64,000 nt of DNA from Octopus sinensis (Eukaryota). A program made the position numbers and the translations under genes. Shown piece by piece: positions 23,278 to 34,443 of this stretch; the first letter of the stretch is position 1, and each line of letters starts with the position of its first letter. The stretch is from the NCBI RefSeq assembly GCF_006345805.1, contig NC_043001.1, positions 84,630,001-84,694,000 of the forward strand, given 5' to 3'. Below the pieces are notes generated by a model, which saw nothing but the letters and a program-made list of their open reading frames with translations, had not been told where the DNA came from and made no database searches.

Positions 23278-24796
23278 AAGGTCCGAATTACACAGAATAC
23301 AAGTGACATAGGGAATTAAAGGGGTTGAAGTACAGTGTTACAATTCCAACAGCTGTTTCTTGGGGCTCGGTGTTCCAATAACGTTTGTAGATTAATTCTA
23401 TCGTAGGATGATGAAAAGATCCTCCGTCTTCAGAGAAGAGATCTTACATATGAGGTGTTAAAGGAAAGAAGTTCACAGATGTAATAATTTAGTGAAGAGC
23501 TTAGCTTTACCACCTCAAATATATGATCTCCTCCTTGAAGATGGAGGTTCGTCTCATCCTGCGATGGAATCAATCTGCAATTATTATTTTGGACCATCGA
23601 GCTCGCAGAAACAGCTGTTGGATTTGTAATAATTCTTTTCAACCTCTTTGATTCTCTATGCCATTTATATTCTGTGCATGTCAGACTTTTGATATGTATA
23701 CATATATACATATGCATATATATGCATGTATGTATTTGCATATATGCATGCATATTAAATCTATATATATTCATAAACCTCGAATCTGCTACATTCCATA
23801 TAAATTCCCTACTGGGAATGACCAATTTTGAGAGAATCTTACATTGCTTATAAACTTTACATTTGGATGGACTCATATTAAACTCAGTTGGAATTTTAGA
23901 TTTTAGTCAAAGGATATTGGAATAATTCACATATATACCATTATGCCTATAAAACGGATTTATGAACTCATTAAACACACATATCTTACATCTATTCTTT
24001 TTCCTCCACCTCACTCTCTATTTATATCACATCGAAACTAACTATGACTTAACCTTTCCTCTCATACCGTCTCCGATGAAGGGATATTATTAATTAATAT
24101 CCTAGAAACAGCTGTAAGACCTTCTATCTATAAATACCCTAATATCTATACAGCCTTGGATTTTTTATCTCATTACGCAAAAAATTCATATATATATATA
24201 TGCATATATGTATATCTACATATGTGCACATACATATATTATGTATATATAATGTATAAACACATAATGTGTGTGTGTTTATATACATATATATATATAT
24301 GTATAAATATATGTGTTTATATACATTTATATACATATATATATGTGTTAGGAAAGAAAGAATGAGACTGGAGAGAGAGAGAGAGAGAGAGTGAGAGAGA
24401 GAGAGAGAGATTAATCAATAGACCTTTGAGAGAGAACCGTGATAGAAATTGTCCAAATCAATACATACAGTTCTTGAGAAGACAAAGGATTGATAGAAAT
24501 ATTACTGTATTTCAGCTACAAGACTTTCCAATGTTGTTCATATCACTCAGAATCCATTCGAACGAACTTGTGTGTTAATTAAAAATAAATAAATAAATAA
24601 AATTCCGTTTAGACGAAGTGAACCGTGAATGGAAAATAGGTTATAGTTTATAGATTCATAAACTTTCTTGTTATTGGTTGCAATAACAAGTATATTAATA
24701 TGCACTATTTGACTAATTGTAAACGGTGTTAATCACAGTTCTAGTGAGGCTTCGACTTCAACTCCAGCTCAGAACGGATGTTCTTTCTCTCCATCC

Positions 24797-24839
<43 letters not shown>

Positions 24840-24841
24840 CC

Positions 24842-24888
<47 letters not shown>

Positions 24889-25169
24889 CAAGATATATAT
24901 TTATGTGTGTATAAGCGTATATATGTATATGCATATGTATGTATATATATATTTGTATATATATGTTTGTATACGTGCATATGTATATACCTATGTGTAT
25001 ATGTATATATATAGATATGTGTATATATATATATAATATATATATGTATAAATGTACATATATAGATATGTGTATATATATATATATTATATATATATAT
25101 ATGTATATATGTATATGCGTATATATACATGTACATATATCTGTATATAAAATAATACATAAAATGTAT

Positions 25170-25213
<44 letters not shown>

Positions 25214-25264
25214 CATACATACAGATATATATATATATAATAATATATATATATAATATATATA

Positions 25265-25344
<80 letters not shown>

Positions 25345-26915
25345 TATATATATATGCTTACATGTATGTGTGTGTATGTATGTGTCTGTTTCTGATATCT
25401 GTATGTTCTATATGATACATGTACAATCATCTTTTTATATATGAAGGAGAATGGACTCCCCTAGAAGAAATGTTTCTAAAACCTGAACATCTCTCTCAAG
25501 CATTGCTCCATCTATAATACCAAAAACGGCAAAGATACAATGGTTACTCAATAATCAGTTTAGGATGATAGGAGTGAAATAAAATAAAGCCGTGTTATAC
25601 ATATTCTATCTGCTGCTAGTTTCTCAAGCATAATGTAAAACTCTCAAGAGCTATTTTTTTTCCTTCTCGTCATTTTTACCCCGAAGAAGGACTTTGTTTG
25701 AATCATAATATATTCCACTACCCATAACAATTTTAGTGTATTCTTTCTGTCTCTTGTTCAAATAATACAAGTTTTGTAAATGCAGTAAACTGCCAGAATC
25801 CTTGGATTCTGATAGCCTTCTTTATTCTACGTTTATAGAAACTAGTTATTTGTATAGGAAGTTGAATATGTTCAGACTTGGCGAATAGCAAAAGTGCATA
25901 CAACCATTTAAAGATACTTACAAGTACGTTGAAGGGAAGATTCTTAGATGCATTTGAAGTACACTTGAAGTATATCGTTATTGGAAAAGGTTCTTGCGCG
26001 ACTTAAATAAGATATAAAATACTTAAGCGAGAAAATCATTGAAGTCCTTTATTAACAAAAATATTTTACTGACAAATCTCTTTATAATGCATGCCTAACG
26101 AGAAATCTTGTTTTGCTTCTACAATTATAAATAAGCTCTCTGTCTCTGTCTCTGTCTGTCTCTCTCTCCCTCTCTCACACGCATAACACCGTTTATGAAA
26201 TAATGATAAGCATATGTATAAATATATATATATGCACAGAAACACATATATATCTATATAAATATCTACTTGTCCAATATCCTTTTATGAGGCAGAGTGA
26301 AACCAACACTTGTGTATGAAGCAATAGACTAGATACATTTTTTTTTATATAATATTATAAATATAGTCTTATAACAGCCTAATAATTTTATCTTACGGTT
26401 TCAAACTAATCACCTCCTACAACTAGAAATGCATATTAGCAATCATCAGACACAACTAAATGGAAAACTATGGTGATGTCAAGAGTTCATATTTTCTATT
26501 GAGACGTGCCCGATGATTGCTAATATACATTTCTAGTAGTGGGAGATATCAGCGTGACACCGTTAGGTAACATTAATTGGCTGTTATGCGACTTTGATAT
26601 AAAATGCATAATGATGTAACGATCTATATGTACCTTATATGATTATTTTTAGCATTGCAATAGTTTTAGATATTGATAGGCATCCGAAAATATGTGTTCA
26701 GTATGATTATATACAAATCTTATTGACCTATTCCATTTGTTGTATTGTAGATGACTATGAGTGATATGATGTGCTACACAGCTTTGGAGAATCCCCTGCA
26801 AGAGAACCCATCATTCTTGAACAACTACCCGAAATTGAGGGCTCTGAGAGACCGAGTATGCGCTCACTGCAAAATCAGTCCATATATTAAGAGACGTCAC
26901 CAATCCTCTTTCTAA
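8613..26915 (+). CDS. S-crystallin (GST-sigma-derived cephalopod lens crystallin), long-loop type, 7 coding exons, 317 aa: join(8613-8745,14111-14206,14768-14883,16763-16816,18936-19217,21001-21108,26751-26915)
   Basis: Exon lengths 133+96+116+54+282+108+165=954 nt, open frame; all introns GT-AG with phases 1,1,0,0,0,0; hallmark motifs [39 protein letters not shown]; 47 Met (~15%). Confidence 0.95.
9059..9612 (-). mobile_element. Interspersed retroposon-like repeat abutting an (ATT)n tract; second copy at 59492-60040
   Basis: ~550 bp of high identity with 59492-60040; begins TGAGTGAGAGAGCAGTG after (ATT)n; strand inferred from the (AAT)n tail. Confidence 0.7.
10200..10592 (-). mobile_element. 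Octopus tRNA-derived SINE (GTGGCTGTGTGGTAAGTAGCTTGC family)
   Basis: Minus strand has A-box TGGCTGTGTGG and B-box GGTTCAGTCC, an internal (AT/GT)n tract and a TGACTGAAACAAGTAAAAGAG tail; more copies near 15505, 19600, 30430, 38840, 46555, 53980 and 55520. Confidence 0.8.
11230..11790 (+). mobile_element. Multimeric SINE (one head plus three body repeats)
   Basis: GGCGGCGAGCTGGCAGAAACGTTAGC head, then three GTCGACTTTGCCTTTCATCCTTTCGGGGTCGAT blocks. Confidence 0.75.
11834..12295 (+). repeat. Near-identical tandem duplication of a SINE plus (ATT)n unit, period ~253 bp
   Basis: GAAGACGGCGCGCTGGCAGAATCG starts at 11834 and 12087 with shared diagnostic variants. Confidence 0.85.
12670..13403. mobile_element. 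Mariner-type MITE interrupted by a Helitron
   Basis: TIRs TACGAGGAGGTGCTGAAAAGTTCCTGG and CCAGGAACTTTTCTGTCCCTCCACGTA in TA context. Confidence 0.75.
12811..13323 (+). mobile_element. Non-autonomous Helitron
   Basis: 5' TC terminus, subterminal GC hairpin CCCGAGCAACGCCGGG, 3' CTAG; inserted between host A12810 and T13324 with no TSD. Confidence 0.85.
14111..14206 (+). CDS. S-crystallin gene 1 exon 2 ([33 protein letters not shown])
   Basis: tttcag| acceptor, G|gtaag donor, 96 nt, phase 1-1; GST cis-Pro LP and Q64-S65. Confidence 0.97.
14768..14883 (+). CDS. S-crystallin gene 1 exon 3 ([38 protein letters not shown])
   Basis: ttgcag| acceptor, ATG|gtaagt donor, 116 nt. Confidence 0.97.
16130..16362 (-). 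mobile_element. tRNA-derived SINE (GGCGGCGAGCTGGCAGAA family)
   Basis: Reverse complement of the 11230-type head and body. Confidence 0.8.
16763..16816 (+). CDS. S-crystallin gene 1 exon 4, loop mini-exon ([18 protein letters not shown])
   Basis: Long pyrimidine tract then ttcag|, CTG|gtacgt donor, 54 nt, phase 0-0, Met/Asp/Arg composition like exon 5; not in ORF track. Confidence 0.85.
16875..17880 (-). mobile_element. Decayed Tc1/mariner-superfamily transposase relic (ends uncertain)
   Basis: Minus strand 17110-17147 reads [13 protein letters not shown], a transposase third-acidic-residue motif; no intact ORF. Confidence 0.45.
18936..19217 (+). CDS. S-crystallin gene 1 exon 5, tetrapeptide-repeat loop exon (94 aa)
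   Basis: ttttcag| acceptor, ATG|gtaagt donor, 282 nt, phase 0-0; 3 RSEM, 6 RSDM, 9 RGDM, 2 CGDM. Confidence 0.92.
20091..20183 (+). pseudogene. 5'-truncated 5S rRNA pseudogene
   Basis: CCGGTTCTCGTC-AATCACCGAAGTTAAG...TACTTAGATGGGTGACCGCTTGGGAAACCCAGGTGCTG..TTT follows the 3' three-quarters of metazoan 5S rRNA, with substitutions. Confidence 0.8.
21001..21108 (+). CDS. S-crystallin gene 1 exon 6 ([36 protein letters not shown])
   Basis: cttacag| acceptor, CAT|gtaggt donor, 108 nt. Confidence 0.96.
21602..21758. repeat. Near-perfect fold-back, ~78-bp arms
   Basis: TATATAATATTAATTAGAGAC...AAAATTTTA then its reverse complement; an un-inverted copy of the same element lies at ~37985-38140. Confidence 0.85.
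21832..22102. repeat. Fold-back, ~135-bp arms, 1-nt spacer
   Basis: ATATTCTGTTGTGTCTGGGGAGAGTC...CAATAG-A-CTATTG...GACTCTCCCCAGACACAACAGAATAT. Confidence 0.85.
22812..23195. mobile_element. Element with ~51-bp perfect terminal inverted repeats carrying a hammerhead motif (probably Penelope-derived)
   Basis: GCGAGAAAGAAGCAACAAG...CGTTTCATA (22812-22862) inverted at 23145-23195. Confidence 0.7.
23075..23165 (+). ncRNA. Type-I hammerhead motif with G8A core
   Basis: ttttag-CTGATAA-gtacgggaca...tgtccttgtat-GAAA-cgattg-TA-ctaaaa; 6-bp helix I, ~10-bp helix II. Confidence 0.65.
23344..23437 (-). ncRNA. Hammerhead motif, canonical core, long helix II region
   Basis: Minus strand ttct-CTGAAGA-(67 nt)-GAAA-cagctg-TT-ggaa; helix II pairing not clear by eye. 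Confidence 0.5.
23532..23622 (+). ncRNA. Hammerhead motif with C3U core
   Basis: tcc-TTGAAGA-(66 nt)-GAAA-cagctg-TT-gga; homologous to the minus-strand copy. Confidence 0.45.
24069..24120 (+). ncRNA. Hammerhead motif with U4C core
   Basis: gtct-CCGATGA-a-gggatatt...aatatcct-a-GAAA-cagctg-TA-agac. Confidence 0.6.
26751..26915 (+). CDS. S-crystallin gene 1 exon 7 ([54 protein letters not shown])
   Basis: ttgtag| acceptor, N-capping box T-x-x-D, YPKL motif, TAA 26913-26915; not in ORF track. Confidence 0.96.
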   Translation: MTMSDMMCYTALENPLQENPSFLNNYPKLRALRDRVCAHCKISPYIKRRHQSSF

Positions 26916-27320
26916 ATCGTTAACCACAAACATATCGACTTCTCCCTATGAAACCCCTAGATATTACACTGTAAACGAAGAACATGGACATTCAAATTTG
27001 GAAACCTAAAAAAACCGAGACCGTTCCCTTTGAGTTGAATTGAAGTGATGTGTCACGTGAATTATGTGAGAATTGATGAGAAAACGCAAGCCGATGCATG
27101 AAATCTTACTGACGTTTTCTTTTCCAATTAGTCGCAATAATTTTTAGTAGGACGCTGCACATTCCTACACAGAAGCATCTGTATACAAAACGTATTTGTA
27201 CAGTGGCATCTCTGTAAATGTTGTAAGTTAATTATAATAATAATGATAATAATAATTACTATATGCATATACCATAAATAATTATTATTATATTATAATG
27301 TTAAGAAGAATAGTGTTATT

Positions 27321-27326
27321 AATAAA
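27321..27326 (+). terminator. Candidate polyadenylation signal of S-crystallin gene 1
   Basis: AATAAA ~405 nt after the stop, followed by T/GT-rich sequence. Confidence 0.55.
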
Positions 27327-28392
27327 AAAAGTTATTTCCCATCATAATTTGTTCCATTCGTTATTAATGTATTGTGCCTATGAATACCATACTTACAAAA
27401 TCAGCATTTCCATATGAATACTTTGGTAAGATAGTAGAATGCCTTATATAATTTTCTAACCAAATCATTGAAACGTCAACCAAAATACCTTTGTGAAAAT
27501 CTCCCAATTTTAAATTTGTTTTGTATCCAATATTAATATAGATACACTAAAGTAACGCAGTATTCTTTGAGGAGTATGTCATGCTGAAAATTTGTAAAAA
27601 AAAAAAAAGACTTAACATAGTATTATATGAACAAAACAAAGCAAAAACTTAGAGACGATTCCCAACCACATGGTTCTGGGTTCAGACCCACTGTGTCTGC
27701 TATTGCAGCCTTGAGCTGACCAAACCGTGGAAACTGAAACCTCGCTGTGTGCGTGCAAGCGTGTTAGTGTGTGTATAATTGCGCGCGTGTATCTGTGTGC
27801 ATTTATGTATAAATACATGTGTGTGTGTGTGCATGCATGTTTGTGTATTTATTTGTCCTCCCGTGCCACTTCATAGACGGTGTTAATTTGTTTACATTCC
27901 TGAAACTTAGTGGTTCGGCAAAAAGGCTCAGACAGATTAAGGACCAGACTTTTGAAAATACCCCAGCATGGCTGCAATCCACTAACTGAAGCAAAAAAAT
28001 AAACGATAAAGAAATATTAGTTTTATATAAATATATTTCCGTGTAATTCCTTAATATCAGTTTCATGCTTCATATTATGACGAAACGGTTATCTCCCTTG
28101 TAATAGATGTGAATGTCACGGAATAAAAGGTAACACAAGTCCATTAAATACAGCTAGAAGGTTGACAAAATACATCATACAGGAACTTATTGAAACTGAT
28201 CGCTGACAGCTTAATGACACCAAAACAACACCATTCTTTACCATACAATTTAACACAAATATACATAACATCTTTTGTGTCTACTTGATGTATTGAGTAC
28301 CATACTTTAATTGTGGTCCCTTCTGTTTTTACGGAATCTCCATCTACAAATAATACATGCATACATACAGGTACAGAAAGAAGCAAAGAATG

Positions 28393-28467
<75 letters not shown>

Positions 28468-28902
28468 GAGGGTGTAGATAGATAGATAGACAGATATAAC
28501 AAAACACAACACAAAACGCCGGCTGATAAATTACTGGCCAATTCGCCGATCGTATGTATAGTACAAAAATATCACTTCAATATTTTACTATTTCTCCGAT
28601 TCTGTACCACAATACCAGTTCTCTCACCTAATCGTTTTAGCCATACCTCGCTTTCTTGCTCACTCAAGCTCAATGCTCCTGGCTTTGTTTGAAAGACAAT
28701 ACAGGAGGATCAGTTAATTATGATTTTATTTGCCTATTGGACTGGCATTCTTATTGCAGCGATCCATCAGTTTTTCTAAGCACTTTAAGAGAACTCGGAA
28801 GGTTGGGTCTCCAAGCAGGCCTTTCAGGATACCCTTAAAACCAGGAACTTTTCAGCACCCTCTTGTACACACCGATTAATAAGCATATATTACATCATAC
28901 TG

Positions 28903-29228
28903 TGAAGGCGCGTGGCTTAGAGGTTAGGGCATTCCGCCCACGATTGTAAGGTCGTGAGTTTGATTCCCGGCGACGCGTTGTGTTCTTGAGCAAGGCACTT
29001 TAGTTTATGTTGCTCCAATCCACTCAGCTGGCAAAAATGAGTTGTACCTGTATTTCAAAGGGCCAGCCTTGTCACACTCTGTGTCACGCTGAATCTCCCT
29101 CACAACTACGTTAGGGGTGCACGTGTTTGTAGATTGCTCAGTCACTTGCACGTTAATTTCACGAGCAGGCTGTTCCATTGATCGTATCAGCTGGGACCCT
29201 CGTCGTCGTAACCGACGGAGTGCTCCTT
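28903..29228 (+). mobile_element. tRNA-derived SINE with 15-bp TSD
   Basis: A-box TGGCTTAGAGG, B-box-like GAGTTTGATTCC; TSD TATTACATCATACTG at 28888-28902 and 29229-29243. Confidence 0.85.
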
Positions 29229-29514
29229 TATTACATCATACTGATGATTGTATCATGTTCTCACAAATGACAAATTAGAGGCTTGCTACTGATCCAACTC
29301 TATGTCAATTGCACAGAAATCTGCATCCAAGACAATAAACGTAAATAGAACATTTGACATCGTTATAACTATCGACTAAAACATTTTATTCAGAAATGTT
29401 TACCGCCACCTCATTATGGCTTTTCGACGTTACTACCGTTTCAACAACCTTCACCCTGTATATATTGCAAGCAGGGTAACGAACCCTTACTACCCACTAT
29501 CAGACGATAGGATA

Positions 29515-29560
29515 ACGAGACCGAACGGTTTCGGACTAATTGTACCTATCATCAGACGGG
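29515..29560 (-). ncRNA. Hammerhead motif, canonical core, weak helices I and II
   Basis: Minus strand cgt-CTGATGA-taggtacaattagtcc-GAAA-ccgttcgg-TC-tcg. Confidence 0.45.
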
Positions 29561-30640
29561 AACACCCGTTCGCTAGAAATAGCAGGAATTCGCTCCAGTT
29601 CGCAGTATATTGAAAACTAAGCGACCATCAGTCACAGCTGTATTGATATGGCGATATACATTACTTCTTAATACAGTTACTACTTTTATCTCTTAATGAG
29701 ATTTTCTAATTAGCTATTTTGATTCGTTTTATTTATTAATGATATAGAATAAAATAAAGTCAATGCAATAATTTCTGGTGTTTTTTAATGCATGACATGA
29801 CGCTTCTGCAATTTAAATATGCGTTCTTGGATAGGGTAAGGGCCAATGCAGTTGCAACTTCATACCATAGTGTTTCTGTGGTTATTGTGTTGTTTTTACT
29901 CTTATTTCTAGCCATACCGATGCCGGAGCTACTAATCGTCCATACATTGAAGATAGTATCTAGGCAGGTGTTTTTACACTACGCTTAAATCTTACTTTTT
30001 TATTGGGCCAATGTTTATTCCAGTTACATGTAAGAAATCTGATCCCTTCATTAGCATATCAGAACAAATACATTACGATTTTTGGATTGGTTCTTTGCAT
30101 TCTGAGCTGAAATCCTACCGAGGCCAGTTTGCATTTCACTTTGTCGGAGTCAATAAAAATAATGCACCAGTCAAACATTGCGGTCTATGGTATCGACTAA
30201 CTCCCCCTTACTCCCGCCCTAAAATCTGCTGACGTCATGCATTAACCATGCCCTATTATTTGTAGGAAACATAGTCCTGTTTACTGTTGGCACAAGGCCT
30301 GAAATTTTGAAGACTGGAACTAATCGCTGACTTTGACGGAATCTGAACGCAGAACGTAAAGGCAGACGAAATGCCGTTCAGCATTTTGTCCGGCGTAGAA
30401 ATGATTCTGCCAACTCACTCTTATTTACTCTTAAACTCTTACTTGTTTCAGTCATTTGACTGCGGCCATGCTGGAGTACCGCCTTTAGTCGAGTAAATCG
30501 ACCCCAGGACTTATTCTTTGTAAGCCTAGTACTTAATCTATCGGTCTGTTTTGCCGATCCGCTAAGTTACGGGGACGTAAACACACCATCATCGGTTGTC
30601 AAGCGATGCTGGGGGGACGAACACAGACACACAAATTTAT

Positions 30641-30697
<57 letters not shown>

Positions 30698-31095
30698 TAT
30701 ATACGACATGCTTCTTTCAGTTTTCGTCTACCAAATCCATTCACATGGCTTTGGTCGGCCCGAGGCTGTAGTAGAAGACACTTGCCCAAGGTGCCACGAT
30801 GTGTGACTGAATCCGGAACCATGTGGTTAGTAAGCAAGCTACTTACCACACAGCCACTTTGTAGAAAACATAGTGCGGCGAGCTAGCAGAATCGTTAAAA
30901 GGTTGCTAAAAATTCCTTGCAATATTGTTGTGGTTTTTCCCATGTAGAGTTCCATACCTGCCTGAATTATGTTTATCCCTCATCCTTTCAGGATCGATAA
31001 AATAAGATACCATACGAGTCAAGCACTAGGGTCGACGGTGTTGAATAACTCCTTCATCTAAACAAGCTGCCAGATAAAAGGAGATACATGCCATC

Positions 31096-31296
31096 TGGAA
31101 CAAGCTGCCATCTGGAACAAGCTGCCAGATGAGATGGTGAAGATGCCGACGACCGCTTTGTTCAAAGCCTCCCTGGACCTCAAGTGGCCTGAACTCTTTA
31201 CATGAACACCACCCTGTACTTAACTCCATGTCCCCCTACATGGCCTTGCTATTTGCTTTTGAGCCAAATTAACTAACTAACTAACTAACTAACTAA
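31096..31296 (+). mobile_element. CR1-like LINE 3' end with (AACT)n tail
   Basis: WNKLPDEMVKMPTTALFKASLD; homologous to 53015-53195. Confidence 0.75.
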
Positions 31297-31878
31297 ACAC
31301 TGCTGACCTTGTGTATAAGTCAGAAACCGTTATCTTTTGGAAACATAGGGCGGCAAGCAGGAAGAATCTTCGGAGCGTCATCGCAAAACATTCCTTGAAA
31401 TATTAGTTCTAATTCTTACGAAAACAGAAACCATTGCTAGATTTGGAAAATAGAAACTTAAAAATAAGCAGACACGTTGTGTTATCAATGTATATTTTTT
31501 AAAAATGTAATAATAACAGCAAAGGTTAACGAGAAATAAATGTGTTGAGACATTTTCAGAAAAAAATCAAAGTGAAGGAAGAAAATTGATTTGTAGGAAG
31601 ACAAAAAAAAAATTGAAATGAGAGAATGAAAGAGGGAAAAAAACTACTTTGATAAATTTCAAAGTAAAATAGTATCATGTGATCATAGGAGTTAACTTAG
31701 AACTATAATCGGAAAAAGAAATCTTAATTTCTATATGAATTTGTCTGTTTCGTAAAATTTGTTTTAAAGAAAAATAAAATAATGTTGCAGGTGATACTTG
31801 CTTTTGTTATCGATTAGAAACGTGTAAACACCTACATACACATGAAGGTGTGCGTGTGTAAATAAGTAAGTAAGTATG

Positions 31879-31964
<86 letters not shown>

Positions 31965-33992
31965 TGTATGCATGTATACGTGTATGTGTAGATAGATAAA
32001 TAGATAGTTAGATAGGTAGATAGAGAGATAGATTCACTGATTAAGACAGACAGATAGATAGAGAGATAGATAGATCTTTATATAAACATACATGCACACA
32101 TACATACATACATAACTACACAATTCACGCCCCCATATACAGAGGTATATAATCTAAGAAAATAAAGAAAGGCGTCTGGTATGTGAAATAAATAAAAAAA
32201 TACAAATGAGAAATAGATAAAAATCATTCTAATATTGAACATGAATTATAAGACAACAAATAAGGAAGAATATAAGACAGCTACATCTTACCGTGTTCAT
32301 GTATCTCCTTTTATCACTATATATATAATTATATATATGTAAGATTGCAATCTGTTGTTTCAATCGTCGCTCTATTGCAAGGGGAAAGAATTGTTTTGCC
32401 AGTAGTCTATATTATGGAGTTCTATTCCTTGGTGAAGCAAATTTGGTTTTGGTAGGATATAGCATATCATATCATCTTTATGTATTTATATAATTGAATT
32501 TTTATTTTTTGCTTCAAGTATAGAGTCCTTAATATTTGCATTCAACTATCAGCAAGAGCTGTCTACTCCTTCATGCGATAATCCCATTTTTTCTTCAGCT
32601 CCCAGTCTAATTAAAATTTTCATCTCTACCTCAGACGTGCCAAGTTTTCTTCCACCTTTTATTCTTGTTTCCTGTTCTCTGTTCTCTTCTCACTCAAAGA
32701 TTTTCACCCCTACCAATTCCTGCTGTAGTTGTTTTGTGTTTCCCATCATTGCAGCTAGTTGCTTCATCACAAAGGATGTAAACATCTATTTTTTTTACAC
32801 TTGCCATTTCTCTCATCCTCTCTCTGTAAACGAATGCTGTTTACAATGTTGGAAACTTCTCTCACAACACCAATTTTAATTTATTATTTTCAATCGCTTT
32901 TTGTATGTATCGCAGAAGCCAGAGACACATTTCGTTGAGAAGGTTAATAACACACAAAGATGTCCAAATACATAGTGCTGCTTCAATCTTATTGTCCACA
33001 AACATTGCCCTATCTTTATTGTTAATCCTAATTAATTAATATTTTGGGGCCGTAACTCTACATTACTTTAACAGGTTTCATCATTTATCTAAAGAAACTC
33101 TTCACAACAAGTGCAATCTTAATGAATACATATTCATTTGTTAACAGCATTATATATGTTAACACTGACCTTTTTAAATCTGTTATCAGTCTCGAAGATA
33201 TTAGATAATGGAATTTTCGGTATAGAAATTCACCTACTATTATTTCCTGTCTTTACAACGTAGTTTGTATCAGGTCGATTACCTACCTGTTTTATGTACA
33301 TAACCAAGAAATATGCTTACAAATTCAGCTGTGATTAAAAATACATTCACACTCTCTGTATTCCGTCATGTATTTCACATACACTACTTCATATTTTTAA
33401 AATAGTGAAGAGAGAATCACTAAGTAGTTAGGCAATATTATACAATAGTTGGTCAGAAGAATTGATATGATAATAAATAAACATCAATAAAATAATTAAT
33501 CTGCATTACAATAGATATATAAATGATATGCTATATTATATATAATGAATATCAATAACATAAGTAATTTATGCGGTGAGGACAAGCAAATGGCATCTCT
33601 ACTGCTGCGAAAATGTTTTCCTAAGATGGTCAAATAAAACCAAAGCATGTTCGGAATTGTCTCCCATACTTTTAACACAAATCCAATGAGTTTACTCATG
33701 CAGTGTTGTGTTTCCTCAACGGAATAGTATTTCTAATTAGAATTCTGTCCTCTACATTAAGTATGTTATAAAAACAATCTAAATCAAATATTGTCTGTTA
33801 AACATATTGCTTGTTTGTACTCTTTAGTAATCCATTTTTTAAAAATACGTACATACATACATACGTGTGTGTGTGTGTGTGTGTGTATGTATACCTATAT
33901 AGATGAATATAAGTATATGTATATAGACATGTACACACACACACACATATATATATATGTATCTATCAATCAATCTGTATATATATATATAT

Positions 33993-34165
33993 ATCATCAT
34001 CATCATTGTTCGACCGTGGTCGAGACAATGGAATTTACCATGTTGCGCCAGACTTCACGGTCCATCATAGCATTACGGAGGTCCTGTTGCTGGATGCCTG
34101 TATCCCTGGAGATTACATCAGGGTAGGAGAGTGTGCGCCCTCTGGTGTTGCGAGTAGATGGCTTC
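33993..34165 (-). mobile_element. RTE-like LINE 3' fragment with (ATG)n tail
   Basis: KPSTRNTRGRTLSYPDVISRDTG...AMMDREVWR C-terminus followed by a TGA repeat tail. Confidence 0.6.
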
Positions 34166-34411
34166 GAGATACTAGAAGGCATCATCTCAACTCAGTATCA
34201 GAGCGAGCTAAAGCCGTTACCAGCATCACCAAATTCAAAGTGTGAATGAAAGTTTGTGTCACCAACCCCTTCCCACCAGCGTGTAGCCAAGACGAGATGC
34301 TGTGGTTATTTACTGGGATGAAATATGGTTATCAGTAGAATTTGGTGATACTGGTAACGGCTTTAGCTCGCTCTGATACTGAGTTGAGATGATGCCTTCT
34401 AGTATCTCGAA
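34163..34411. repeat. Inverted repeat, 74-bp arms (1 mismatch), 101-bp spacer
   Basis: 34163-34236 vs 34338-34411. Confidence 0.85.
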
Positions 34412-34443
34412 ATTTAATATACAATTATTCATAATTGTAGTGT

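Larger units (their letters stand above)
23271..23700. repeat. Diverged fold-back (~190-bp arms), each arm with a hammerhead motif
   Basis: Arms align in inverse orientation, e.g. CCAACAGCTGTTTCT vs AGAAACAGCTGTTGG and GAGATC..TGAGGTGTTAAAG vs CTTTACCACCTCA..GATCTC. Confidence 0.75.
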
